A DNA stretch of 64,000 nt from a virus. The stretch's first letter is position 1. The number at the start of each line of letters is the position of its first letter. Position numbers and translations under genes: made by a program. Shown here one piece after another: positions 47,951-58,478 of this stretch. Under the pieces are notes generated by a model. The model saw nothing but the letters and a program-made list of their open reading frames with translations. It was not told the DNA's origin and ran no database searches. The stretch covers positions 1-64,000 of the IMG/VR virus record IMGVR_UViG_3300021964_000036; one strand, 5' to 3'.

Positions 47951-49672
47951 ATGAAACTAATCAACGAAGCAGAAATCTTCGAAACCTGGTCTCCTATCAT
48001 CGAGCAGAAGGCTGGAATTCAAGATGCTGAGAAAAAAGGATGGTTGAGCAAGTACTGCCACTACCATTCATTAAACGAGTCTGCTGGTGCATATCAGTCA
48101 CTAGCAACTGTAAACGGTATGGGTGCCGTAGCTCCACCCGCATACCCAGGTGGGTATAACTCCACTGGTTCTGCAGTAGGTACGCAAGCAAACGCTGCTT
48201 TCTACAACGCTGCTAACCAAGGTTCAGGAGATAAGTTTCCTTCACTTCTTCCTTTGGCAATTCAGGTTGCTGCGAAGACAGTTGGATTCGATATCGTTCC
48301 TGTAATTCCTATGTCAGGTCCTACTGGCGTACTTTCTTACCTAGATTACGTATACTCAGGTGGTAAAATCAGTCCTGCATCTGCTGGCGCATCTGCTGCT
48401 GAAGCCCTTGCAACTGCACCTTCTATGATCAAGGTAGAATTGACAAACGCTGCAGCAGGATATCCTGGTAACTTTGCAGTAGGTACTACTTACTACATCA
48501 CTAACGCTTCTTCAGCTGGTGCTTACATCACAACTGAATTTGTTGGTCTTTCTAGAATCGATGGTTTCCCAATCTTCAGAATCGTTGGATTAACAGCTGG
48601 TGAAACTGTTTCTGCAGTTCTTGATGGCGGTGCTACTAAAATTGGTACTGCAGTAGATGGAAACCAAGCTGGTACTACAACTGCAAGAGCAGAATTGGTT
48701 AAAGCTCTTGAGGATCACATCCAAGGATTCTCTGGTGCTGGTTTTAACAACGACCAAGACTGGCAAGGACCATTCGTAGATGGTACTAAGACTTACAACC
48801 CAATGCTAAGAGGTGTAGGTGAAAGCACTTACTACCAATCAATGGGTCTATCAACGTTCACTAAGTTCGTTGAAGCTGATACTTTCCAAGTAGCTGCTTC
48901 AGTAACTACTGAACAGATCCAAGACCTTAACAAGCAATTCGGTATCGACGTAATTTCTATGATCGAGAACGCATTGGTTAATGAGGTATCTCAAGCTATT
49001 AACAAGCACATCCTATCTAGAGCATTCGCTCTTGGTTGGTCTAACCACGATGAATTCTTGACTACAGAAGGTCAGAACTTGAACCTAAACCTCGTTATCG
49101 GTGGTACTGCTGGTTCATACACTATTCCTTCTTACGTAGGTAAGTCTGACACTGGTATCTCTATCGCTTCTGTTGCAGGTCCTGCTTCAGGTGGATACGA
49201 GAACTTGTCAACTCTACAGAGAAGACTATTCTCTAGAATTCTAGCTGGTGCTAACGTAGTAGCTAACAGAGGAAGAAGAGGTCCTGCTAACTTCATCGTT
49301 ACTAACGCTAACGTTGCAAGTGCATTGCAAGACATCTCTCAGTTCACTTTTGCACCTTTCTCTAACACACTAACTCAAAACAACGGTACACTTTACCCAG
49401 TAGGTTCGCTTGCAGGTATGACTGTTTATGTTGATCAGAACATGAAGTTCGGTGATAACAGAGTATTAGTTGGTAGAAAAGGTGGTGACGACGAACCAGG
49501 ACTTAAGTTCATGCCTTACATGATGGCTGAGTCTATCCAAACAATCTCTGAGGGTACTATGTCACCTAAGATTGCGGTTAAGTCTCGTTACGCTCTAGTA
49601 GAAGCTGGTTTCCACCCAGAAACTATGTACTTCTGTTTCCACGTGAACGTTCCTGCTGGAGGTCTATCCTAA
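47951..49672 (+). CDS. Major capsid protein (gp23-like)
   Basis: VPVIPMSGPTG, EQIQDL, RGRRGPANF, FMPY, SPKIAVKSRY; strong codon bias. Confidence 0.95.
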   Translation: MKLINEAEIFETWSPIIEQKAGIQDAEKKGWLSKYCHYHSLNESAGAYQSLATVNGMGAVAPPAYPGGYNSTGSAVGTQANAAFYNAANQGSGDKFPSLLPLAIQVAAKTVGFDIVPVIPMSGPTGVLSYLDYVYSGGKISPASAGASAAEALATAPSMIKVELTNAAAGYPGNFAVGTTYYITNASSAGAYITTEFVGLSRIDGFPIFRIVGLTAGETVSAVLDGGATKIGTAVDGNQAGTTTARAELVKALEDHIQGFSGAGFNNDQDWQGPFVDGTKTYNPMLRGVGESTYYQSMGLSTFTKFVEADTFQVAASVTTEQIQDLNKQFGIDVISMIENALVNEVSQAINKHILSRAFALGWSNHDEFLTTEGQNLNLNLVIGGTAGSYTIPSYVGKSDTGISIASVAGPASGGYENLSTLQRRLFSRILAGANVVANRGRRGPANFIVTNANVASALQDISQFTFAPFSNTLTQNNGTLYPVGSLAGMTVYVDQNMKFGDNRVLVGRKGGDDEPGLKFMPYMMAESIQTISEGTMSPKIAVKSRYALVEAGFHPETMYFCFHVNVPAGGLS

Positions 49673-49697
49673 TCAGTAGTTAGTACACACTAATATT

Positions 49698-49727
49698 AAA
49701 CCCCAGGTTTTTGCCTGGGGTTTTTTT
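49698..49727 (+). terminator. Rho-independent terminator
   Basis: aaaccccagg / cctggggttt stem plus T-tract. Confidence 0.88.
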
Positions 49728-49767
49728 GTGATCTGTTGATATATAGAATAAATGTGATTACTGTATA

Positions 49768-50868
49768 ATGAGGAAATTGAACTCACATAAGCAATTCCTT
49801 TTGGAAAGGGACCTTTCTATTGAGGTGGATCAGGTAGTATTAACGGAAATGCTCCTTGACTATTATGATATTAATGAAGGAAAGGCTTTGGATACTATTA
49901 AAAATTCTGTCTCTAAGGCTTTATTTGGCCCCTTTTCTAGATTATCAGTAATAGATACCATAAGGAAGGGAAATTTAGACATCCAGAAAGAAATCATCAC
50001 CAAAAGATATGATCTGGAGGATGAGATATTGGATTTAGATGGAAAAATAGAAGACTTAAGAAGAAGTGGTTCTTCAAGAAACGAAATCTCAAGAATACAA
50101 ACACAAATTGATCGTAAAAGGAGAGAATACAAATCTTTTGTTCAAATGAAAAAAGAACAAACGAATAAGGGTATGAAGCTTCTTGAAAAAACCATAGGTA
50201 AAAATCCTAGGAGAAAGGAATATTACGAAGCTGGTTTTTTAGACGATAAGTATGAATTAGCAAAATTTGAATATGAACTTGCGCAAAAGAAATCTGCTGA
50301 TCCTGGGGATGTAAAAGAACTAAAGAAAGATCTTGAGGATGCATCAAAGAAAGCAGAATCTTTCGTTGCCAACATTAAAAGCTCAGCTCAGACCAAAACT
50401 AGAATAAAGGACTCAGAGCTTGAGGATATATCAGCTCTTAGAAAAAAGATAAGTGCAAAGGATACTGGGGTAATTGTTTCTTTAAGGGAGAAATCTAAAG
50501 AACGTGTAAATGAATTAAAATCACAAATGGGGAAGACGCTCCAGAATATGAAATCTTTTATGTCAAAATCCCCATCGTATGATGAAGTAAAATCCTCTGG
50601 CAAAATATCTAATGGCATAAAAGATTTAGAATCAAAAGCCAATGAGGTGGATGCTTTAGAGAATCTTGTTAAAGTATATTCAGATTCGATAGCATCTAAG
50701 GATAAATCTCTTTCCAGCGAATCCGCATTAACCAATCTTTTTAGCAAGATAAATTCAGCTATTGCTGATGGCAATGATGCTGGGTCTGGTATAACTAAAG
50801 ATATTATAGATATGAAATCTGATATTACACTTAAAAAGATCAGTAACCTAATAAAAAAATTAGTCTAA
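49768..50868 (+). CDS. Coiled-coil putative head-internal protein
   Basis: Leader RKLNSHKQFLLE, INE site; GATATATA at 49738. Confidence 0.7.
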   Translation: MRKLNSHKQFLLERDLSIEVDQVVLTEMLLDYYDINEGKALDTIKNSVSKALFGPFSRLSVIDTIRKGNLDIQKEIITKRYDLEDEILDLDGKIEDLRRSGSSRNEISRIQTQIDRKRREYKSFVQMKKEQTNKGMKLLEKTIGKNPRRKEYYEAGFLDDKYELAKFEYELAQKKSADPGDVKELKKDLEDASKKAESFVANIKSSAQTKTRIKDSELEDISALRKKISAKDTGVIVSLREKSKERVNELKSQMGKTLQNMKSFMSKSPSYDEVKSSGKISNGIKDLESKANEVDALENLVKVYSDSIASKDKSLSSESALTNLFSKINSAIADGNDAGSGITKDIIDMKSDITLKKISNLIKKLV

Positions 50869-50869
50869 C

Positions 50870-51763
50870 ATGCTTCTGAAATTTAAAGAGTGGGAATCAC
50901 ACAATATTAATGAAAAAGATGCCAGCATTGATAAGATCATGAACTGGCTAAGTTCCAATTTTGGTGGTACTATATCAAAGATAGATAGTTTGCTCGCAGA
51001 CATTAATTCTATTGAATCACAATATTCAAAAGATTGGAATGATATTCAAACTGACATAGATGCACTGGAAATAAAGAAAGCTCAAACAAAAAGTGATCCT
51101 GCAGAATCTAAAAAGCTAGAAAGGATGATTGATAGAAATCAAAAACTAGTTGTTGCTTTGAATAAAAAGAGAAAAGCTGATATTGATAAGATTGATAATA
51201 AGGTCGAAAAGCTTACTAAGGGTAAGCAAAGACTAGTATCATATTGGAACCTTAAAAAATCTGAATTGGAAGCTGATCTTGCTGAGAAGATGTATAAGAT
51301 GGCAAAAGATTTAACAGATGAATCCATTGCAGACGATCTTTATGACAAATATAAGGAGGCAGCTCTCCAAGCAAAAGCTAAGGATGAGAAATTTAGGGAA
51401 AAGTTTGGTAAACTGGAATTAGCTAAACCGTCTACATTAAAACAAGATGCTGAAACTAAAGCCATATCTGGTTCTAATTTTTCAATGGATCCTATCTTCT
51501 CCATGAATGCTCCACAGTTTACTAAGTTTGTACAAGACCTTGAAAAAAGTCAAGTTAGTGCTTTAATTAAAGCAATGCAGTCTGAAAGGAATGAAAGATA
51601 TGCAACTTTAGATACCGAAAGAGATAGACTAGAGGCGCAAGCAAAAAAGAAAGGCCTTTCTTCGGATAGCGTCAAAAAGGACCTTTCGGACCTCAGAGAA
51701 ACCTTGATGAGGCAGATAAGAGATTTAAGAACTAAAATAACTATTGCTAGAAGGTATGCATAA
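50870..51763 (+). CDS. Coiled-coil putative head-internal protein, distant paralogue of the previous gene
   Basis: Leader LLKFKEW...INE; similar FG..S.ID start. Confidence 0.7.
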   Translation: MLLKFKEWESHNINEKDASIDKIMNWLSSNFGGTISKIDSLLADINSIESQYSKDWNDIQTDIDALEIKKAQTKSDPAESKKLERMIDRNQKLVVALNKKRKADIDKIDNKVEKLTKGKQRLVSYWNLKKSELEADLAEKMYKMAKDLTDESIADDLYDKYKEAALQAKAKDEKFREKFGKLELAKPSTLKQDAETKAISGSNFSMDPIFSMNAPQFTKFVQDLEKSQVSALIKAMQSERNERYATLDTERDRLEAQAKKKGLSSDSVKKDLSDLRETLMRQIRDLRTKITIARRYA

Positions 51764-52025
51764 TCACATCAAGAGCTTAAACGATTTCCCCCTTTTTGAA
51801 GGTGTGAACGAGGACCTTGTAAAAGCAAAGGCTGACGTTAATGCTAAGCAAGCAGAAATTGCTGAAGAGATAGCTAAGCAAAAAGAAACAACTGATCTAA
51901 AGGAAAAAGCGGCAAGCATTAGAAACCAGGCAAGATTAACAGGACAGATGCCAGGTCTATTAAATGCTTTAGCAAACGCTATGGACGCAAAGGCTGATTC
52001 CGGAGATACAACAAATATTTACTAA
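51756..52025 (+). CDS. Small putative head-internal protein
   Basis: Leader HNHIKSLNDF..FEGVNE. Confidence 0.65.
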   Translation: MHNHIKSLNDFPLFEGVNEDLVKAKADVNAKQAEIAEEIAKQKETTDLKEKAASIRNQARLTGQMPGLLNALANAMDAKADSGDTTNIY

Positions 52026-52027
52026 AG

Positions 52028-54421
52028 ATGGCAAATAATTATCTTAAAAGAAACCCAGTAGCAAATCAGATGTCAATTGAGACATTTAGATTGTTCGAAA
52101 ATCAAGATGTTGATAAGGCTTTAGAGATATCTGTAAATACCCTATTAAGTCTATATAAGAAACTTACGTTCGATTTAGCCTCTGATAGGAACAGAACTTT
52201 TGACTCCTTTTCTAAGAAGTTAATAACTGTTAGTGATGCTTCTTCAATTAAGTCATTAGTTGCTAACATTAAGGATGTCTGCGAAGACGTTGATCTTTCT
52301 GATAGTGTTCTTGCACCATTAAAGAAAAGGTATTTAGATTCTATTGATATGGTAGGGGATGCTATTAAGAGAATGATAGAATTAGATCCTTCGTTAGAAG
52401 CAAAGGCTATTGAATATTTTAAGAAGTCGAGTAAGGTCTTAATGGAAACAATTAAAAGGGTAGCAGACCAATACAAAGAGAAACTTAACGAGTCTACTGC
52501 AATTGGTGTACCTGGAAGAATGGAGAGGTTAAAGAGAATCCTTTTAAACCATATTGTTGATTCGAAGGGAAAGGATGCTAAGTCAGGATATGGTAGGGAC
52601 TGGCATCGCTTGTTCTCAACATTAGAGCAGAAGCTTTCTGCAATTAATAGTGATAAGGCAACATTTTCTGATGCTGATAGAAAAAACTTGTCGGAGCTTG
52701 AAAAAAAGACTGATAGTCTTGTACAGGAGTATAATCAATATAAGGTTAGAGCTGTTGAGACAATGATGTCCAAGATATTAAAGGACTCTGATCTGGAAGC
52801 TAAGTTTTCTGATTTTATTGAAATAATGACAAATGCCCTAGATGGAGTTACAAAATCTAACACTGAAGAAGGGTTAATTGAGGTAAAGGTTAGAGAGAAC
52901 CTTGATGACAAAGAAACTAGGATGCAAGATAGAGTATTCCCATTAAAGGCGGGTGATAAAGACAATGATGCTAAGCTAAAGGGGTCGGGGTTAATCCAGG
53001 CTATTCAAAAGTCTCTAATTGATGCATTTGTACCTATCAAAAATCTTTTAGATCCAAGAGGAGGTGCAAACGGAAACTTTGATACCTCCATGGGAGTTGC
53101 TGTCAAATCTATTCAGGCTTCACTGGGTAATAAGGATGTAAGTGGTAAATTAGATAAGCCACTCTTAGATGTTATCCTCAAGTTGGACCAAGTATCGTCT
53201 GAAAACAAGGACTCTATTAAGGAAGCTATTGGAAAACTTAGGGTTTCATATTCTACTCTTAGTGAATCCGGTAATGCGTTAAGTGTTAGCGAGTTTATGA
53301 GATTGATGGAAGCAATGACCTATATTGATCCGAATGAAATTGAGGATAAGATTAAGCTTTATAGTGAAGAAATAACGGAGGATGATGAATCAATGTCACA
53401 GCCGACTACTTCTGATTATTCTATGGCAGAGGCATTAGCAAAACTTCTTAGAACAAAGAACTACAATAAGAATGCAGAAGCAGAAGATTTCCTTAAAGAA
53501 GACGGTACACTAAAAGGATCTTGTCCTCACGATTTTGTTAGTGGTTGGACAAAAGCTATCTCTGGGGATAAGCCAGTTTCGTTCTTCTTTATAGAGGACG
53601 AGGAAGGCGGATCCCTTTACCCAACAAAGAGAATTTCTGGTAATGTAAACAAGCCATGTAACTGGAAAAGATATAAATCCATATCTGGAGACGAAACGGA
53701 AGACATCCACAAGTTTGGAAAGTGGTATACCACATACTGGAAAAACTTTGGTGGCGTTGGCTCCGAAATCAAAGGAAAGGTACTTGATGATGTAATGAAA
53801 TCAAATTGCTCTTTAGCAAAGGAGGAAAAATTGGATGACGTTGTTACAATTTATGAGGAGCTAGAAAATTCTTTTATGCCACATAAGGAAGAAATTTGTC
53901 ATGGCTACCTTAGACCTGAATCAATGAAAGGCATATGCTCCAGCGTAAAAGGAATGATGGGTAATGACGGAATAGATAATTTAAGCCCTAGCGAACTTAG
54001 ATCTCTTTATAACACTGTGGTCGTAACATCCCCTCTTATTACATTTGACAAAGAAAATGACGAATGGGTTCCTGCTTTAAATATGTTATGTAAGAATTTG
54101 AATATATCTGAAGACGAGCTAATTTCTGGCATTAAGAAGAACGGATCCCTAGGGAAATCTGGAAAGATGAGTGCTGAAAAAATTGCTTACCTGGACACAA
54201 GACCTAACCAAGACTCCAACAACAATGAGATTCTAAAGTCTACAATTCTGGGAAGTACAGAGGACCCTGAGAAGGTTGCAAATATGAAGTCTACCTTGGA
54301 TAAGATTAAATCGATAACAAAGAGTCTTTCCAAACACACAAAAAGAATTGGAATCTCCAAAAGCGATGACATAAGTCCGGATGTTTCGGATTCTATGGTT
54401 ATCATTACGATGGAGAGGTAA
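52028..54421 (+). CDS. Large putative virion protein with peptidoglycan-binding-like domain
   Basis: LKAGD...IQAIQKSL...GNFD....AVKSIQ..LG...SGKLD; LNE sites. Confidence 0.6.
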   Translation: MANNYLKRNPVANQMSIETFRLFENQDVDKALEISVNTLLSLYKKLTFDLASDRNRTFDSFSKKLITVSDASSIKSLVANIKDVCEDVDLSDSVLAPLKKRYLDSIDMVGDAIKRMIELDPSLEAKAIEYFKKSSKVLMETIKRVADQYKEKLNESTAIGVPGRMERLKRILLNHIVDSKGKDAKSGYGRDWHRLFSTLEQKLSAINSDKATFSDADRKNLSELEKKTDSLVQEYNQYKVRAVETMMSKILKDSDLEAKFSDFIEIMTNALDGVTKSNTEEGLIEVKVRENLDDKETRMQDRVFPLKAGDKDNDAKLKGSGLIQAIQKSLIDAFVPIKNLLDPRGGANGNFDTSMGVAVKSIQASLGNKDVSGKLDKPLLDVILKLDQVSSENKDSIKEAIGKLRVSYSTLSESGNALSVSEFMRLMEAMTYIDPNEIEDKIKLYSEEITEDDESMSQPTTSDYSMAEALAKLLRTKNYNKNAEAEDFLKEDGTLKGSCPHDFVSGWTKAISGDKPVSFFFIEDEEGGSLYPTKRISGNVNKPCNWKRYKSISGDETEDIHKFGKWYTTYWKNFGGVGSEIKGKVLDDVMKSNCSLAKEEKLDDVVTIYEELENSFMPHKEEICHGYLRPESMKGICSSVKGMMGNDGIDNLSPSELRSLYNTVVVTSPLITFDKENDEWVPALNMLCKNLNISEDELISGIKKNGSLGKSGKMSAEKIAYLDTRPNQDSNNNEILKSTILGSTEDPEKVANMKSTLDKIKSITKSLSKHTKRIGISKSDDISPDVSDSMVIITMER

Positions 54422-54425
54422 ACCA

Positions 54426-54453
54426 GAAACTTATTTCTTATTGCTCCCTATAA
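54426..54453 (+). promoter_or_regulatory. Middle-type promoter GAAAC-N18-TATAA
   Basis: Motif match. Confidence 0.6.
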
Positions 54454-54472
54454 TTCGTGTAAATTAATTTAG

Positions 54473-55405
54473 GTGGGTAGTAGAGGAAAGCTATATTTAT
54501 TGAGTTTTTGTAGTGAGGGACCTCCTGCTGATTCTGGTGAGGATCTTTCCGGTAATGTGAATAATATAAAAACTCTACTAAGCGATTTTTTCGATGATAT
54601 TTTCATTTATAGCCCATCCTCTCTAAAAGAGTGCGACGGTAGCCAAGATTTTTGCAACGTACAGGAGGGGGTATTTCCACTAAATCCTGGAATACACGCT
54701 AATGGATGTGGTGATTTTAAATCATTCCTGATAGATAGGAAGCTTTCCGAGATGGATGAGGGAGATATACTGTTTTATCACGACTGTAATTTTCATAAAT
54801 ATCCACAGTACTGGCAAACTGATTGGGGTAATTTAAGGGATATGGTAGATTTTTTGTTGACAGAAAACAATTCAGATATCTTTATACCCTTTGAGCATGA
54901 TGCATTTGGTGTCAAGCCCCAAGTTAGAATGCACGGAAAAAGGTACACCACAGATATTATTATAAAGGATCCGAAGGAGTCTAAAATCGTATCCCAGTGT
55001 TGGGAAATAGCATCCAGCAGGATGGTTATTAAGAACACTGAATTCTCTAGACACTTTTTTAAGGAATATAAGGAACTTTGCAGAAGGAAGGATCTGCTAA
55101 CAAAATACCCAAATCCAAACCCATATCCGGAATTTACCCACAGTTGTCCAGAGCAGCATGTTTTAAATTGTTTAATTTACAGGTATATTCTCGAAGGTAA
55201 GCTGGATAAGCATTTCCCAAGATATTCCTTTCCTGAAAGAAAACTTATACTCAATAAAAATGTTGAGTATAGGATAAATGAGGAACTATCGAAATATATG
55301 TCAGTCAAAACCATAAAAGAATTTGAAAATACTCATAGGAATGGGAGGAAAGATAAAAATATTCGAAGGGCCAAGAAATTCGGGCAAGACATTTTTGGCA
55401 CGTAA
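54473..55405 (+). CDS. Putative GT-A-like transferase
   Basis: GDILFYHDC and EQHVLN resemble nucleotide-sugar transferases; weak. Confidence 0.45.
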   Translation: MGSRGKLYLLSFCSEGPPADSGEDLSGNVNNIKTLLSDFFDDIFIYSPSSLKECDGSQDFCNVQEGVFPLNPGIHANGCGDFKSFLIDRKLSEMDEGDILFYHDCNFHKYPQYWQTDWGNLRDMVDFLLTENNSDIFIPFEHDAFGVKPQVRMHGKRYTTDIIIKDPKESKIVSQCWEIASSRMVIKNTEFSRHFFKEYKELCRRKDLLTKYPNPNPYPEFTHSCPEQHVLNCLIYRYILEGKLDKHFPRYSFPERKLILNKNVEYRINEELSKYMSVKTIKEFENTHRNGRKDKNIRRAKKFGQDIFGT

Positions 55406-55889
55406 GTATTCTGAAGTGCACAACCTCCCGATTTATAAGTTTGATTTCGTTGGGTGGTTTAATAGGTTCCAATTAGATAATGAATCTCGGGAAACACACT
55501 CATTTGCTCTTGGTAAGGAACTAATGTTGTTGCAACTTTCAAGGGACGGGCTATTGCCAGATTTTATTCTCGACAGAGGAATTATAACGGTTTTATCATG
55601 GGGAATATTGTCTAATAGGATAACTGAAGAATTTGCTCACAATCAACTTAAAATGATTGCTGAGCAGGGGTTGCTTGATAATTGTGAGATCTACTTTGTA
55701 ACCGGCGATAATCCAGACAAGTCACCAAGGAATAAAGATAACTGGGATTTTACAGAGCAAGACAACAAGGAGCTAGAGATAGTTGAAAATCTTATTGGTT
55801 GCATACAGAGTCAACCTTACAATGTTTACGTGCATAGGGTTTTTAACAGCTTCACCAACAAGACAATAAATGATTTAAAGCATATCTAA
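55341..55889 (+). CDS. dNMP/thymidylate kinase-like P-loop protein
   Basis: IFEGPRNSGKT, ILDRG. Confidence 0.7.
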   Translation: MGGKIKIFEGPRNSGKTFLARKYSEVHNLPIYKFDFVGWFNRFQLDNESRETHSFALGKELMLLQLSRDGLLPDFILDRGIITVLSWGILSNRITEEFAHNQLKMIAEQGLLDNCEIYFVTGDNPDKSPRNKDNWDFTEQDNKELEIVENLIGCIQSQPYNVYVHRVFNSFTNKTINDLKHI

Positions 55890-57290
55890 ATGTGTGGAAT
55901 AGTAATAACAAAAAACCTAGAAGAGGAAGTAATTGACTCTATCAAACATAGGGGAATCGAAAAAACCGTTATCTCAAAGAATGGGCTTAATCTATGTCAC
56001 CACAGGCTTCCTATTCAAACTGCCGATGGTGATGATTGGAACCAGCCAATAGAGGTATCAGACGGCATCTATTTGCTGTTTAACGGGGAGATTTTTAACT
56101 ATGATACAGATAGGTTTGGTTCTGATATAGAATATCTAACAAATTTATTTTCTAGGTACCGTGGGGGAAGCTTCGAGATGTTTTGCTCACTTTTTGTGCC
56201 AACCATACAGACTTGGGATGGTTTCTGGGCGATTACTATTTATGATTCTTCAACCAATGAGGTAATTGCTTTTACGGATCCTCTTGGCAGAAAGTGTCTT
56301 TATTATAATTCATTAGGAGATATTGCTTCTGAGATAAAGCCTTTGGTATATGATAATTCTCAGATTGATGAATCTTTTATTAGTACCGTAAGAAAATGGG
56401 GATACAACACTGACGATAGAACTGCTTTTGGCGATGTTAAAAGAATACTTCCAAATAATATCTATTCTTTTAACATGGATTCACCGGAGTTTAAGAACGT
56501 TTATAAGACATATTATAAGGGGTTCGATTACCCCATTCAGGAGCTGGTTGGTAAGGGGTATGAAGAACATATGGAGTGGCTTTGGTCCAAAATGTTTGAA
56601 TCTGTAAGAAATAGACTTGTTTCAAAGGATTATCCAATATCTCTTCTTATTTCTGGTGGTTTGGATTCTTCGATAATTGCATCTATACTTAATGAAATGG
56701 GCGCCGATGTTAGGTGGTTCAGTATTGAAAACGGTGAAAAGGAATTTGTAGATATTCTTGCAAATAAACTCGGTAAATCTGTTTCATTCCTTGATTATTC
56801 TATGGATGAATCGATGAATGAAGAAATTTATAAAAAATGGAACGAGTCTCCTATAGATCTTGGATCTGTTATACCACAATACCATCTTTTTGATGCAGTT
56901 AAGAGATTTGGAGGATATCGAATAGTACTTTCTGGTGATGGTGCTGATGAATTGTTTGGTGGATATAAAAGAATTCATGAATACGATTCACAAAAGTCAG
57001 ATGTTTTTGACGAGCTCTCATATTATCACCTACCTAGATTGGACAAGATGTCGATGGCACACACTCTGGAGTTAAGAAGTCCTTTTTTGAATCTAGATCT
57101 TGTAAGGTTTGCTTTACATCTTCCTTTAGAATGGAGAAAGGATAAGAAAATCCTTAAAGACACATTTGCTCCATTACTTCCTGATGAGATAGTAAATCGT
57201 AAAAAAGCACCGCTCAAGAATCCTAAAATCAAGGAGGATAAAATTGCTTACCGATATAAGGCGGTAGATCTTTTCTTGGGGAATAGATAA
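55890..57290 (+). CDS. asnB: Asparagine synthetase B-like glutamine amidotransferase
   Basis: MCGI, NGEIFNY, SGGLDSS, SGDGADELFGGY, LELRSPFL. Confidence 0.9.
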   Translation: MCGIVITKNLEEEVIDSIKHRGIEKTVISKNGLNLCHHRLPIQTADGDDWNQPIEVSDGIYLLFNGEIFNYDTDRFGSDIEYLTNLFSRYRGGSFEMFCSLFVPTIQTWDGFWAITIYDSSTNEVIAFTDPLGRKCLYYNSLGDIASEIKPLVYDNSQIDESFISTVRKWGYNTDDRTAFGDVKRILPNNIYSFNMDSPEFKNVYKTYYKGFDYPIQELVGKGYEEHMEWLWSKMFESVRNRLVSKDYPISLLISGGLDSSIIASILNEMGADVRWFSIENGEKEFVDILANKLGKSVSFLDYSMDESMNEEIYKKWNESPIDLGSVIPQYHLFDAVKRFGGYRIVLSGDGADELFGGYKRIHEYDSQKSDVFDELSYYHLPRLDKMSMAHTLELRSPFLNLDLVRFALHLPLEWRKDKKILKDTFAPLLPDEIVNRKKAPLKNPKIKEDKIAYRYKAVDLFLGNR

Positions 57291-57330
57291 ATTGTGTTCT
57301 GGAGCGATATATAAAGAAAAACGCTCCATA

Positions 57331-58011
57331 ATGGCTAATAATATTAAATCATTTAGTGATTTTAAATCTGCTAGCGTTTCTGATGTGAACGAGAACTGGG
57401 TTTCTGATCTTTTGGGATACGCTGGTGGAGCATTCAGTGACGTACTTAAAGGAAAAGCTTCTGCTTATCTAATGAGTTTTTTCGGCATTGGTGAACAATC
57501 TATATTTAGTAAGCTTGTACAAAACTTTGTAGAACAAATTCCAATTGCAGATCTTACTAAAATCATATTTGCTGGTAAGGCTAATTCAGCTTATTTAGCT
57601 CCTAAGATGGCAGATGCAACTATAGAATTCCTATCAGAAAAAGGTTTGGATGGTATTGCACAGGATCTTCATATCGACCCTTCAGGTTGGATATACAGGA
57701 CCCTTTCAGAAATCGTAAGCAACCAAGCAAGAAGAGAAAACTTTAGAGAGCAATTGGTCGGATTTTATTTACAAGCATTTAATGGATTTGAAAGCCCAGA
57801 TATGGATGAGTTTAAAAATTCGTTATCCCCAATGGAAACAAGAAGCCTGGAAAAAGGTTTAGAGGATGTTGCTAGAAGGTCTGGAGGAGATATAAACATT
57901 ACACCAAGCGAAGGTGGTGCAGATTTAGTCACTAACTTTTTAAGTGGATTAGTTGGAAATGGACAATCAATGCAATCACTGGGGCTTAGCACTGGGGGAA
58001 CAATTCAATAA
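57331..58011 (+). CDS. Putative head-internal protein
   Basis: Leader NNIKSFSDF...VNE; GATATATA at 57306 favours ATG 57331. Confidence 0.7.
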   Translation: MANNIKSFSDFKSASVSDVNENWVSDLLGYAGGAFSDVLKGKASAYLMSFFGIGEQSIFSKLVQNFVEQIPIADLTKIIFAGKANSAYLAPKMADATIEFLSEKGLDGIAQDLHIDPSGWIYRTLSEIVSNQARRENFREQLVGFYLQAFNGFESPDMDEFKNSLSPMETRSLEKGLEDVARRSGGDINITPSEGGADLVTNFLSGLVGNGQSMQSLGLSTGGTIQ

Positions 58012-58023
58012 AATATTTAGACC

Positions 58024-58392
58024 ATGAATATAAATGACGTATCAAAGAGAGAAGTTTTAGACTTTGATCAGTTTAAAAAGAAGGTTCACGACGAAACCTA
58101 CAAACCATTCTCAGCTGAGAATCAGGAAAGCGGTGAAGGAAAGACCGGATTACATAAGATAAAAAGAGAGCCTGCTTATGATTGGGTTGGCTATGCTGAT
58201 GCAGTATTTAGCCCAGAAAAAGCAGGAATTGAGGTTCCTGGATATAATGCTGATGGCGATAGAGAGTACAATATAGCAAACGCGGGTCCTTCTATTGTAA
58301 ATGCTCCAAATTCAGCACAGACGCTTTCAAGCGCACTTGGGGAATCTGCTGTAAACGAGTCATTCTCTATCAAAAGGTTAGAGGACTTCTAA
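58024..58392 (+). CDS. Small putative head-internal protein
   Basis: VLDFDQF near N-terminus, VNESFSIKRLEDF at C-terminus. Confidence 0.65.
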   Translation: MNINDVSKREVLDFDQFKKKVHDETYKPFSAENQESGEGKTGLHKIKREPAYDWVGYADAVFSPEKAGIEVPGYNADGDREYNIANAGPSIVNAPNSAQTLSSALGESAVNESFSIKRLEDF

Positions 58393-58416
58393 AATTCTAG
58401 CTATTACATTACATTT

Positions 58417-58449
58417 AAAGACAAGTTTCTTTTGAAACTTGTCTTTTTT
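58417..58449 (+). terminator. Rho-independent terminator whose 3' arm contains a middle-promoter GAAAC (58434; TATAA 58456)
   Basis: 13-bp perfect stem aaagacaagtttc / gaaacttgtcttt plus T-tract. Confidence 0.8.
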
Positions 58450-58478
58450 GTTTGCTATAAATCATATAAGCAAATCTG

